32,000 nt of DNA from Phycisphaera mikurensis NBRC 102666 (GCF_000284115.1 NC_017080.1:1260001-1292000), one strand, 5' to 3'. Counted from the stretch's first letter, positions 23,027-32,000 are shown. A program made the numbers and translations. The notes: generated from the letters alone by a model not told the origin.

Positions 23027-25915
23027 ATGGCCGCGCCCCAAGAGAAAGCATCCGCGAAGAAAGCCGGGAAGAACGCGTACAAGGACACGCTGAACCTGCC
23101 CAGGACCGCCTTCGCGATGAAGGCGAATCTCGTCCAGAGCGAGCCGCAGAGCGTGAAGCGGTGGGCGAAGCTCGGCGTGTACCGGCAGCTGCGGGCGCGG
23201 GCGGCGGAGGCGAAGGCCGCCGGCGATCCGCTGCCCGCCTACGTCGCGCACGACGGCCCGCCCTACGCCAACGGCGACATCCACCTGGGCCACCTGCTCA
23301 ACAAGGTGCTCAAGGACCTGGTGGTCCGCAGCCGCTCGATGGAGGGCTTCGACTGCCCCTACACGCCCGGCTGGGACTGCCACGGCCTGCCCATCGAGCA
23401 CCGCGTCATGCAGGAGCTCGGCCCCGGGGGGCGCGAGCTCGAGCCGCTGAAGATCCGCAGGAAGTGCGCCGCCTACGCCGGCAAGCACGTCAAGACGCAG
23501 CGTCAGCAGATGGAGCGGCTGCTGACGCTGGCCGACTACGAGAACCCGTACCTCACGATGGACTCGCGCTACGAGGCGGGCGTGCTGGAGGTCTTCGCCG
23601 GGATGCTCGAAGCGGGGCTGGTGTACCGCGACCTCAAGCCGGTTCACTGGTCGGTGGACAACCAGACGGCCCTGGCCGAGGCGGAGCTGGAGTACCACGA
23701 CCGGGAGGACACCTCCGTGTACGTGCGCTTCGCGATGAACAACAGCGGGTCCGAGGGCCTGCTGATCTGGACGACGACGCCCTGGACGCTGCCGGCGAAC
23801 CTGGCCGTCGCGGTGCACCCGCGGATGGAGTACGGGCTCTACGAGATCGCGGGCAACGACCCGACGTGGATCGCGGTGGCGCTCGCGCCAGCGGTCGCGG
23901 CGAAGCGGGAGGTCGGGCTGCCCGGGCCGCTGAAGGTCGTGAAGGGCGAGGCCCTCGTCGGCCGCACCTACGCCCACCCTTTCGTCGGCCGCGAGGGCCG
24001 CGTCGTGCCCGCCGAGTACGTCACCGACGAGGACGGCACCGGGCTGGTGCACACCGCGCCGGGCCACGGCGCCGAGGACTATCAGACCGGGCTGAGGGAA
24101 GGACTGGACGTCTACTGCCCGGTGCTGCCCGACGGCACCTACGACGACACCGTGCCGGACTGGCTGCGGGGCAAGAGCATCTGGGAGGCGAACCAGGAGA
24201 TCGTTGAGCGCCTCGAGCGCGACGGCGTCCTCTTCTTCGACGAGCGCTTCACCCACAGCTACCCGCACGACTGGCGTGGCAAGCAGCCGGTGATCTTCCG
24301 CGCCACCGAGCAGTGGTTCTGCGCCGTCGACAAGCCGGCGACCGGACCGCTCGCGGGCAAGACGCTGCGGCAGGCCGGCCTGGACGCCGTCGGGAAGGAC
24401 ACGAGCTTCCAGCCGGCGTGGGGGCAGAACCGCCTGCGCGGGATGATCGAGAGCCGGCCGGACTGGTGCCTCTCGCGGCAACGCAGCTGGGGCCTGCCGA
24501 TCCCGGCCTTCTTCGACGCCCAGGGCCGGCCGCTGCTCACGGCCGCGAGCGTCCGCGCCGTCGCGGAGGTGATCGGCGACAGGGGCAGCGACGCCTGGTT
24601 CTTCCTTCCCGCCGCGGACCTGCTCGCCCGGTACGACCCCGCCGCCGACCCGGACGCACCGGCCTGGGCCGGCGACGACGCGCTCGCCTCGCTTGTCAAG
24701 GGCGGCGACACCTTCGACGTCTGGTTCGAGTCCGGCTCCAGCTGGCACGCGGTGCTGCGGGAGGGCTGGCGGGAGGCCCAGGCCGAGCCCGCCTCCGGCG
24801 AAGCGTTCCCGGCCGACCTCTACCTGGAAGGCAGCGACCAGCACCGCGGCTGGTTCCAGCACTCGCTGCTCCCGGCGCTCGCCGTCACCGGCCGGCCGCC
24901 CTTCGAGGGCGTGCTCACGCACGGCTTCATGGTCGACCGCGACGGCCGCAAGATGAGCAAGTCGCTGGGCAACGCGCTGGAGGTCGCCACGCTGATGCAG
25001 CAGCACGGCGCCGACGTCTGCCGCTGGTGGGTCGCCTCGCTGAACACCGACAACGACGTCAAGGTCGACGAGGCCTTCTTCAAGACCGCCGGTGAGGCCT
25101 ACCGCAAGGTCCGCAACACGCTGCGTTTCCTGCTGTCCAACCTCGACGGCTTCCGCATGCGGGGCGGCCGCGTGAAATTCGAAGCGGCCGACGCGACCAG
25201 CCTCGACGCGTGGCTCACCGGCGAGCTGGTGACGCTCTCGGTGTCCGTGCGGCGGGCGTACCGCGAGAACCGCTACCGCCGGGCGCAGGAGCTGCTCTTC
25301 GGCTTCTGCAACGAGACGCTCTCGGGCGTGTACCTCTCGGCCGTGAAGGACCGGCTGTACTGCGACGAGGCGGACGGGCGTCGGCGCCGCCGGACGCAGA
25401 CGACGCTCTACCGCGTGACCACGGTTCTGGTCCGTCTGCTCGGACCGATCCTGCCGCACACGGCCGACGAGGCCTGGGCGGCGCTCCACCCCGACGACGA
25501 CGAGGCCTGCGTGCACCTGTGCCGCTTCGCGGACGTCGCGAAGATCGCCGAGACGCCGGTGAGCGAGGCCTGGCCGGCGGTGATGGAGGCTCGGAAGCGC
25601 TGGATGCTCGCCCTCGAGCAGCACCGCGAGCGGGCGAAGGCCTGCGGCGGCGCGGACGCGCCGCTGGACCTGGGCCTCGTGCTGCCCGCCGCCGAGCTGC
25701 CCGAGGGCTTCGACCCCGTGGAGCTCGCTGACCTCTGCGGCGTGAGCCGCGTGGAGGTCGGCGAGGCGGAGGAGGTCGCCGTCGTGGACCTCTCGCGGCA
25801 GCCGCGCTGCGAGCGCAGCTGGAAGCGGGACGGGACCGTGAAGCCCCGGCCGGACAACGGCCTGCTGTCCGACCGGGACTGGCGGGTGGTGTCGTCGCTG
25901 CACGCGAGCGGGTGA
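23027..25915 (+). CDS. ileS: Isoleucine--tRNA ligase
   Basis: PPYANGDIHLGHLLNKVLKDL...GWDCHGLPIEHRV...HWSVDNQTALAEAELEYHD...GRKMSKSLGNALEVATLMQQHGADVCRWW; 962 aa from ATG 23027. Confidence 0.97.
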   Translation: MAAPQEKASAKKAGKNAYKDTLNLPRTAFAMKANLVQSEPQSVKRWAKLGVYRQLRARAAEAKAAGDPLPAYVAHDGPPYANGDIHLGHLLNKVLKDLVVRSRSMEGFDCPYTPGWDCHGLPIEHRVMQELGPGGRELEPLKIRRKCAAYAGKHVKTQRQQMERLLTLADYENPYLTMDSRYEAGVLEVFAGMLEAGLVYRDLKPVHWSVDNQTALAEAELEYHDREDTSVYVRFAMNNSGSEGLLIWTTTPWTLPANLAVAVHPRMEYGLYEIAGNDPTWIAVALAPAVAAKREVGLPGPLKVVKGEALVGRTYAHPFVGREGRVVPAEYVTDEDGTGLVHTAPGHGAEDYQTGLREGLDVYCPVLPDGTYDDTVPDWLRGKSIWEANQEIVERLERDGVLFFDERFTHSYPHDWRGKQPVIFRATEQWFCAVDKPATGPLAGKTLRQAGLDAVGKDTSFQPAWGQNRLRGMIESRPDWCLSRQRSWGLPIPAFFDAQGRPLLTAASVRAVAEVIGDRGSDAWFFLPAADLLARYDPAADPDAPAWAGDDALASLVKGGDTFDVWFESGSSWHAVLREGWREAQAEPASGEAFPADLYLEGSDQHRGWFQHSLLPALAVTGRPPFEGVLTHGFMVDRDGRKMSKSLGNALEVATLMQQHGADVCRWWVASLNTDNDVKVDEAFFKTAGEAYRKVRNTLRFLLSNLDGFRMRGGRVKFEAADATSLDAWLTGELVTLSVSVRRAYRENRYRRAQELLFGFCNETLSGVYLSAVKDRLYCDEADGRRRRRTQTTLYRVTTVLVRLLGPILPHTADEAWAALHPDDDEACVHLCRFADVAKIAETPVSEAWPAVMEARKRWMLALEQHRERAKACGGADAPLDLGLVLPAAELPEGFDPVELADLCGVSRVEVGEAEEVAVVDLSRQPRCERSWKRDGTVKPRPDNGLLSDRDWRVVSSLHASG

Positions 25916-25960
25916 AGCCCGACCGCGGGCGGACGCTCAATCGGGCGTCCGGGTCAGCCG

Positions 25961-26392
25961 ATGGACCGGCGGAGGCAACCCCTGGACCTGCGCGGCATCG
26001 ACGAGCTCAGAACCGAGGCGATGGCGGACGCCGTCGCTGCGCTGGGGGACCCCGGCGGCGAGGGCGCCGTCTGGCACCACGGCTTCAGCCACGGCGTGGC
26101 GGGAGGCGGCGCGGCGACGCTGGTCGCCGAAGGTCCGGCGGGGATCCGGGTGCGGATCCGCCTCGCGCCCGGGGACGCGGGAGCGCCCCCGGCGGGGTCG
26201 GCGGACGCCGCGGGCGGCAGCGGCGGGCCGACCACGCCCACCCGGCTGATCTCCGCGACGGTGCTGAAGCTGCGGCGGCAAGGCCACGGCGTCATCCGCC
26301 TCGAGCCCGACGCCGGAGCCGACGCCGCGCCGGGCTGGGACGGGCGGGGGTGGCTCCAGCGGCTCGGCGACAGCCCGGCGGATGCCGCCTGA
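25961..26392 (+). CDS. Hypothetical protein
   Basis: 143 aa ORF between ileS and the HD-GYP gene (MDRRRQPLDLRGIDELRTEAMADAVAALGDPGGEG...TRLISATVLKLRRQGHGVIRLEPDAG); no family recognised. Confidence 0.5.
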   Translation: MDRRRQPLDLRGIDELRTEAMADAVAALGDPGGEGAVWHHGFSHGVAGGGAATLVAEGPAGIRVRIRLAPGDAGAPPAGSADAAGGSGGPTTPTRLISATVLKLRRQGHGVIRLEPDAGADAAPGWDGRGWLQRLGDSPADAA

Positions 26393-26482
26393 AGCGCCCG
26401 GGGCGGCGGGTTCAAGTCGGGGCGTCGCGGACCCGATCCCTCCGGGCCGGACCCGAGCCGCGACCAGGAGTAGACAAACCGC

Positions 26483-27748
26483 ATGGAGATGAAGGGGAAG
26501 AAGATCCTTGTGAGCGGGCTCCGCGTGGGGGAGACGCTCAGCGCCGACATCGTCGGGCCCGATGGCGTCCTGCTGCTGCGGCACGGCGTCCGGGTCGAGG
26601 CCGCGCTGCTGGAGCGGCTCCGGTCCCGCGGCATCGAGGAGGTTCACCTCAACGGCGACGTCGCCGCCGACGCGGCCGCGCCCGTGGGCGGCCCCGGGGA
26701 GGCGGCCTACGAGGAGCCGCCGGACCCCGAGCCGACCGTGCCGCTGAGCGAGCCGCTCGCCCCGGAGTCGTACGAACCCCGCGACGAGATCTGCACGCCG
26801 CTGCCGCGCCTGCGCGAGCGGGAGTTCGGCGAGGCGGCACGGGTCGCCGAGGACTCGATGGGGACGGCGATCCAGCGGTACGGGTCGCTGGCCGGCGCCT
26901 TCCGGGGCGGCCGGCTGTCCGAGGGCAGCGCCGCCGTGCAGATGCTGCTGGGCCTGCGGCGGGTGGGCGAGCGCGACATCGACCTCGTCACGCTCATGCT
27001 CGTGCTGGACCGGCCCGGCATCGGCCCGCTGTTGCAGCACGCGGTGCGGCAGTCGGTGGTCGCGATGCGGCTGGGGCGGCGGCTGGGGCTGGGCAACGAC
27101 GCCGTGCTCGACGCCGGGCTGGTCGCGCTCTTCAGCGACATCGGGATGTCCGGCGTCGCCGAGGAGCTGATCGCCCGCCCGGGCCGCCTGAGCCCCACCG
27201 AGTGGGAGCGTGTCCACCGGCACTGCGGCGCGTCCTCGGACCTGGTCGCGAAGATGACGGGCATCCGCCCGATCATCGCCCACGCGGTCTACCAGCACCA
27301 CGAACGCCCCAACGGCGGCGGGTACCCCCGCGGCCGGCGCGGCGTTTTCCTGCACCCGCTCGCGCGGATCGCCTCGGTGGCCGACGTCTTCACCGCGGTG
27401 ATGGAGCACCGGCCGCACCGGCCGGCCCGCTCGCCGCACCACGCCGTCTGCGCGGCGCTGGAGGGCGTGAAAGCCGGCCGCCTCGACGCCCGCGTCGTGC
27501 GGGCGCTGCTGGCGGAGGTTTCGCTGTTCCCGGTGGGCACCCCCCTGCACCTCTCCGACGGCCGGATCGGCACCGTGTACCGGACCGACGCGGAGGTGGC
27601 CGATCGCCCCGTCCTCACCTTCGACGACGGCCAGAAGCCCGGGAAGCTGGAGCTGCGGCTGCGGCCGGAGCTCAAGATCGTCGGGGTGGGCGACGCGAAG
27701 CCCGAGGCGATCCCGGAGCCCGGGGAGCCGCTGGCCCCGGCGGCGTGA
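26483..27748 (+). CDS. HD-GYP-like domain protein with degenerate HD dyad
   Basis: VVAMRLGRRLGLGNDAVLDAGLVALFSDIGMSGVAEELIARPGRLSPTEWERVHRHCGASSDLVAKM...YQHHERPNGGGYPRGRRGVFLHPLARIASVADVFTAV. Confidence 0.88.
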   Translation: MEMKGKKILVSGLRVGETLSADIVGPDGVLLLRHGVRVEAALLERLRSRGIEEVHLNGDVAADAAAPVGGPGEAAYEEPPDPEPTVPLSEPLAPESYEPRDEICTPLPRLREREFGEAARVAEDSMGTAIQRYGSLAGAFRGGRLSEGSAAVQMLLGLRRVGERDIDLVTLMLVLDRPGIGPLLQHAVRQSVVAMRLGRRLGLGNDAVLDAGLVALFSDIGMSGVAEELIARPGRLSPTEWERVHRHCGASSDLVAKMTGIRPIIAHAVYQHHERPNGGGYPRGRRGVFLHPLARIASVADVFTAVMEHRPHRPARSPHHAVCAALEGVKAGRLDARVVRALLAEVSLFPVGTPLHLSDGRIGTVYRTDAEVADRPVLTFDDGQKPGKLELRLRPELKIVGVGDAKPEAIPEPGEPLAPAA

Positions 27749-27813
27749 CGCCGCCGGGGCGGGGCCTGCGCCGCGTACGCGGCAGCCGCTCCGGGTTCCG
27801 CGCCGCCCCCGTC

Positions 27814-27859
27814 CCGCGGACCGTCGGCGTTTCCGGCTCCGATCGGCCGCGGTCCGCGG
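27814..27859. repeat. 46-nt palindromic element, copy 6 (convergent intergenic)
   Basis: CCGCGGACCGTCGGCGTTTCCGGCTCCGATCGGCCGCGGTCCGCGG; its first 19 nt are identical to copy 3. Confidence 0.85.
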
Positions 27860-27866
27860 GAGCCGG

Positions 27867-27929
27867 ACCTGCCGGACCTGCCTGACCTGCCTGACCTGCC
27901 TGACCTGCCTGACCTGCCTGACCTGCCGG
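27867..27929. repeat. 9-bp tandem repeat, 7 units, abutting the PPIase stop codon
   Basis: ACCTGCCGG + 5x ACCTGCCTG + ACCTGCCGG, counted directly from the sequence. Confidence 0.95.
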
Positions 27930-28361
27930 TCAGTCTTCGATGGTGACCTTGTTCATCTTGTCCCCGCCGGCGATGCTGTCGACCACGTCCTGGCCGGAGG
28001 TGACCTTGCCGAACACGCCGTGCTTGCCGTCGAGCCACGGGGTGGCGACGTGGGTGATGAAGAACTGGCTGCCGTTGGTGTTCGGGCCGGCGTTGGCCAT
28101 GGAGAGCACGCCGGGGCCGTCGTGCTTCTTCTGCAGGGCGGACTTCTCGTCGTCAAACTTGTAGCCCGCATCGCCGGTGCCGGTGCCCTTGGGGCAGCCG
28201 GCTTGGACCATGAAGTCGGGGATGACGCGGTGGAAGGTCAGGCCGTCGTAGAAGCCGTCCTTGGCGAGCTTGATCCAGTTGCCCGCCGTCGCGGGGCAGT
28301 CGTCGTCGTACAGGTCCAGGACGATGTCGCCCTTGTCGGTCTTAATGGTGGCGGTGGCCAT
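27930..28361 (-). CDS. Cyclophilin-type peptidyl-prolyl cis-trans isomerase
   Basis: [72 protein letters not shown]...[37 protein letters not shown]. Confidence 0.97.
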   Translation of the reverse strand: MATATIKTDKGDIVLDLYDDDCPATAGNWIKLAKDGFYDGLTFHRVIPDFMVQAGCPKGTGTGDAGYKFDDEKSALQKKHDGPGVLSMANAGPNTNGSQFFITHVATPWLDGKHGVFGKVTSGQDVVDSIAGGDKMNKVTIED

Positions 28362-28605
28362 GATCGGGTCTCGGGGGGGTTGGAAAAGGGGCGGAGGGTA
28401 GGGCGGTTGGGCGGTCTTGCTTGACAGAAAGCAGGCGAAGAAGCGGCGCGGCGGGCGATCTCCGACGCTCGACGGGGGTGGCCCGCGGAAGTTCTCTTCC
28501 GGAGAATGGGCGCCACCGGGCGAGAGAGAAAGAGGGAGAGTCAGCAGCGAGCAACTCTGGTCGCCGAAGGCGACGCGTTGCTGACTTCCTCACTTCCTCG
28601 CTTCC

Positions 28606-30069
28606 TCACTTCCCCGCTTGACTTCCCCGCTCGCTCTGCACCCCCAGAAACGCCATCGCGTTGCCGAAGCAGATGCCCCGCACGATCCCGTCGAGCAGGT
28701 CCGCGTCGTCGGGGATGAGGCCGGCGTCGACCCGCCTCCCGATCTCGTCGCAGAGGATTCGGCGGAAGTACTCGTGGCGGGGGAAGGACAGGAAGCTGCG
28801 GCTGTCGGTGAGCATGCCGATGAAGGTGGACAGCACGCCGACCTCCATCAGGGTCTGGATCTGGTCGCGCATGCCGCGGTCCTGGTCGAGGAACCACCAG
28901 CCCGAGCCGAACTGGACGTGCCCGGGAGCGGTCGATCCGCCGCCGGCCGGCCTGCCCTGGAAGCTGCCGGCGACCGTGGCGAAGAGGTGGTTGTCGACGG
29001 GGTTGAGGTTGTAGAGCACGGTGCGGGGCAGCCTGCCGGCGGCGGCGAGCGCCGAGAGGTGGCGGACGAGGCCGGGGCCCTGCCGGGCGTCGCCGATGGC
29101 GTCGAAGCCGGTGTCGGGCCCGAGGGCATCGAAGCCGGCGGCGTTGAGGTTCCGCGCCGCGCCGAGGTGCAGCTGGTGCACGCGGCCATCGTCGTGGTCG
29201 AGCTTCCCGAAGAGGTGCATCAGGTAGGCCGAGAAGCTCGCCTGCCCGTCGGGCCCGGCCGCGGCCTCGTCGTGGCCGCGGAGGCGGTCGAAGACCCGGG
29301 CCGCGGCACTCTCGCTGGGCGCGGCGTCGGGCAGGGCGAGCAAGCCGTGGTCCGAGGCGCGGCAGCCGAGCTCGCCGAAGAAGGCGTGCCGCCGCTTCAG
29401 AGCGTCCACCAGCGTGGCCAGCGAGTCGATCTCGACGCCGGCGGCGGCGCCCAACGCGTCCATCGCGCGGTTCCAGGCCGCCGTGTCGCCGAGCTGGTGG
29501 CAGGCATCGGGCCGGAAGGTCGGCACGACGCGCAGGCCCTCGATCGGGTCGCTCGCCAGCGCCGCGTGGTGATCGAGCGGATCGGCGGCGAAGTCGGTGG
29601 TGCCGACCAGGCGGACGTCGAAGCGGCGGAGCAGCGCGGGCGCCGGCGTCGCCGCGAGGATCCGGTTGGCCTCGTCCCAGACCTCCTGGGCGCTGCCCCC
29701 GTCGAGCATCGTGTCGATGCCGAAGCAGCGGCGGAGCTCCAGGTGCGTCCAGTGGTGCAGCGGGTTGCCGATCAGACGCGGGACGCTTTCTGCGAAGGCC
29801 TGGAACTTCGCCCGCGGGTCGGCGTCGCCGGTGATGAGGCGTTCCTCGACGCCGAGGGCGCGCATCGCCCGCCACTTGTAGTGGTCGCCGCCGAGCCAAG
29901 CCGCGTGCAGGTCCTCGAAGGTCCGCCGGCTCGCGAGGTCCGCCGGCGGGAGGTGGCAGTGGTAGTCGCAGATGGGCTCGCCGGAGGCGGCCTCGTGGTA
30001 CAGCCGGCGGGCGGCGGCGCAGGAGAGCAAGAAGTCGTCGTGGAGGTACGCGGGCATGGCTTCGGGCAA
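28606..30069 (-). CDS. uxaC: Glucuronate (uronate) isomerase
   Basis: YHEAASGEPICDYHCHLPPADLASRRTFEDLHAAWLGGDHYKWRAMRALGVEERLITG...HHWTHLELRRCFGI...RVVPTFRPD...SYLMHLFGK-like region...LYNLNPVDN...FGSGWWFLDQDRGMRDQIQTLMEVGVLSTFIGMLTDSRSFLSFPRHEYFRRILCDEIG. Confidence 0.93.
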   Translation of the reverse strand: MPEAMPAYLHDDFLLSCAAARRLYHEAASGEPICDYHCHLPPADLASRRTFEDLHAAWLGGDHYKWRAMRALGVEERLITGDADPRAKFQAFAESVPRLIGNPLHHWTHLELRRCFGIDTMLDGGSAQEVWDEANRILAATPAPALLRRFDVRLVGTTDFAADPLDHHAALASDPIEGLRVVPTFRPDACHQLGDTAAWNRAMDALGAAAGVEIDSLATLVDALKRRHAFFGELGCRASDHGLLALPDAAPSESAAARVFDRLRGHDEAAAGPDGQASFSAYLMHLFGKLDHDDGRVHQLHLGAARNLNAAGFDALGPDTGFDAIGDARQGPGLVRHLSALAAAGRLPRTVLYNLNPVDNHLFATVAGSFQGRPAGGGSTAPGHVQFGSGWWFLDQDRGMRDQIQTLMEVGVLSTFIGMLTDSRSFLSFPRHEYFRRILCDEIGRRVDAGLIPDDADLLDGIVRGICFGNAMAFLGVQSERGSQAGK

Positions 30070-30120
30070 GGCGGTGGGTGCGGCGGGCGCAGAAGGGTTG
30101 GCGAAGCGACCGTCGCGGCC

Positions 30121-31539
30121 TCAGCGGCCGCGGCCGCGGGCGAGCCGGCGGCCGAGCGTCCGCAACGCCTCGAGCAGTTCGGCGGTCGTGGCGATCACGG
30201 GCTCCCCGGGAGCGGGCCGCAGCACGCCGCGCCGCAGGCGGGAGAGCTCCGAGGCTTCGCGCTTGCTGCTCCGCAGCAGGCCGCTGAACTCGGCGTGGCG
30301 GGCGGCCTGCGTCAGGTTCTGCGCGACGCTGTACAGATCGACGGCCGGACCCGGCGGGTCGTACGCGTTCTCGAACACCGGCGAGGTCACACGGTCCTTC
30401 CGCTGCATCCGGCGCAGGTCCTGCCGGATGCGGGAGGAGGACAGCATCTCCTGCAGCAGCTTGTCGAGCATGCCGCGGCTGTCGAAGGTCTCGCCGACGC
30501 GGATGCCCGAGCCGAAGTCGACGAGGCAGACGCCGCTGTCGGTGATGACGAAGTTGTCGAGGCGGAGGTCCAGGTGGACGATCCGCGCCACCCGGTGCAG
30601 CTTCTCCACCAGCTCGACGGCGCCGGTGGCGAAGGCGACGGCGCCGATCGGCGGGCCGCCGAGCCGCAGCCACGACATCTCGATCCGCTTGACGAAGCCC
30701 CGCTCGTCCTTCTCGAGGTCGAGCACCCGGGGGAAGCGGCCCGCGTCCACCAGCTCGGGGAGGCGCTCCTGCAGGATCTTCAGGAAGGCCGCTTCGCGGG
30801 TGAGAAACACCGGGAAGATCTTGTTGCCGAGCTTCCGGGCCGCCTGCTCCAGGTCGGCGTGCTTGGCCCCGCCGCCGCGTTCGGCGTGCCGGGCCAGCCG
30901 CCGCTGGATCGCGGTCATCGTCGGCACGCGCTTGATGACGCGGAAGCCGCTGGGCTGGCCGGCATCACGGCCGAGGCGGACGTCGAAGGAGTGGTGGTAG
31001 AGGCTCGGCCGGTCCTCGGGCTCGTGCCGCACCTTCCGCCAGGCGCGGGCGGCGGCGCGGCGGCCGGGCCATCCCAGCACCGGGCCCAGCAGGCCCGAGG
31101 GCGCCAGCGGCCAGGGCGGGAGCGGGCAGGGATCGCCCTCGGCCAGCCACTCGCCGCCCGCGAACCCGGCCTCGCGGGCGGCGAGCGCCCGCCGGTTGGC
31201 CGCCGTCAACAGCAGAACGCCGCCCCAGCGCAGCCGCGCGAGCAGGGCGTCGGCGGGCACCGCGGCGGGGGCGGCGGCGACGTAGAGGTTCACCGCCGGC
31301 TCCGGGGCCTCGGGGTCGGTGGGGGCCGGCGGCGCGGCGGCGGCCGCGGCGGGAAGCCGGTGCAGGCGGGCGACCCGCTCGGGCCCGGCCTGTCCGGGGC
31401 CTCTGGTGGGCTTCCCGTTCAGGCGCGTGGCGACGGCGGCCGCCACGGCGTCGCGGGCGCGGGGGGTGCCGGTTCCGGCGACGCCGCCGGGATCGCCGCG
31501 GCGCTGCCCGTCGGCGGGCGTCTCAGGGCGTCCGCTCAT
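30121..31539 (-). CDS. Protein kinase-like (lipopolysaccharide-kinase/RIO-like) protein
   Basis: VAFATGAVELVEKLHRVARIVHLDLRLDNFVITDSGVCLVDFGSGIRVGE: HLDLRLDN catalytic loop and DFG. The N-terminal about 120 aa are low complexity. Confidence 0.7.
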   Translation of the reverse strand: MSGRPETPADGQRRGDPGGVAGTGTPRARDAVAAAVATRLNGKPTRGPGQAGPERVARLHRLPAAAAAAPPAPTDPEAPEPAVNLYVAAAPAAVPADALLARLRWGGVLLLTAANRRALAAREAGFAGGEWLAEGDPCPLPPWPLAPSGLLGPVLGWPGRRAAARAWRKVRHEPEDRPSLYHHSFDVRLGRDAGQPSGFRVIKRVPTMTAIQRRLARHAERGGGAKHADLEQAARKLGNKIFPVFLTREAAFLKILQERLPELVDAGRFPRVLDLEKDERGFVKRIEMSWLRLGGPPIGAVAFATGAVELVEKLHRVARIVHLDLRLDNFVITDSGVCLVDFGSGIRVGETFDSRGMLDKLLQEMLSSSRIRQDLRRMQRKDRVTSPVFENAYDPPGPAVDLYSVAQNLTQAARHAEFSGLLRSSKREASELSRLRRGVLRPAPGEPVIATTAELLEALRTLGRRLARGRGR

Positions 31540-32000
31540 CCGCTCCGTCCGCGGGCTCCTGCCGTCGCTCCACGCGGGAGGCGGGCATCGACGAGGCGAT
31601 GTGCCGGTCGACGAGGCGGTCCAGCGCCGCCTCGTCGCTCGCGGCGGCGCGGGGCGGGGCGGCGTCGGCGGTGCCCGCCCCCTCGGACGAAGGGACGCCC
31701 GAGGCGATGCGCTCGGCGAGCTCCGCGGCGATCCGCTCGGGATCCCGCACTTCGGCTCCCGGTGCCTCCTGGGCGTCGTCGCGTCCCGCCGCGGCGGGAC
31801 CCGACCCGCTGCCCTCGCCGCTCGGGCCGTCTGCGTCCTCCTCGTCGCCGAAGCGGACGGCCGCGAGGACGTCGTCGAGCGCGACGTCCTCTTCCGAGCC
31901 CTCCTGATCGTCCCCGAAGCCCGGCGTCTCCGCGGCGGCCGCGGACGCCGCCTCGGCCTCGGCCTCGGCCGCGTCGGAACTCCCGATCCTCCGGGCCGCG
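31523..32000 (-). CDS. Hypothetical protein, acidic/low-complexity C-terminal region, 5' end outside window
   Basis: The frame stays open to the window edge: AARRIGSSDAAEAEAEAASAAAAETPGFGDDQEGSEEDVALDDVLAAVRFGDEEDADG...EVRDPERIAAELAERIASG...DRHIASSMPASRVE. The listed Met 31750 is probably not the true start. Confidence 0.5.
   Translation of the reverse strand, partial: AARRIGSSDAAEAEAEAASAAAAETPGFGDDQEGSEEDVALDDVLAAVRFGDEEDADGPSGEGSGSGPAAAGRDDAQEAPGAEVRDPERIAAELAERIASGVPSSEGAGTADAAPPRAAASDEAALDRLVDRHIASSMPASRVERRQEPADGADERTP

Noticed and set aside
22868-25903. 1,011-aa minus-strand ORF opposite ileS
   Set aside because: Shadow ORF; His/Val/Leu-rich complement of the IleRS coding strand.
27867-27929. 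CRISPR-like array
   Set aside because: Units are 9 bp and directly contiguous, with no spacers; it is a simple tandem repeat.

Overview
High-GC, gene-dense chromosomal window. The protein content (exosortase, EpsI and TPR module, SbtA/SbtB, KKAAAKK-tail protein) suggests a Planctomycetes/Phycisphaerae-like bacterium; that lineage is an inference. Supported content, left to right: accD (partial), ndk, an H1-like Lys/Ala-tail protein, DUF2203, and a small membrane protein. A tightly coupled minus-strand array follows: ATP-dependent DNA ligase, Lhr-like ligase-associated helicase, Uma2-family protein, SdpI-like protein, SNF2 helicase, SWIM protein. Upstream of it lie the ligase-associated beta-CASP exonuclease and an SbtA/SbtB-like pair. 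Then come tatD, a TPR/EpsI/exosortase module, ileS, a degenerate HD-GYP protein, a cyclophilin-type PPIase, uxaC and a kinase-like protein. The most striking non-gene signal is a dispersed 46-nt palindromic element, CCGCGGACCG-N26-CGGTCCGCGG. Five copies have perfect arms, one copy has a single arm mismatch, and one candidate lies inside tatD. All share exactly the same arm spacing, while the interiors differ. Two copies lie in frame inside the SNF2 helicase and DNA ligase genes and encode the same peptide frame, SADR-x8-TVRG. No tRNA, rRNA, CRISPR array or transposase was recognised.
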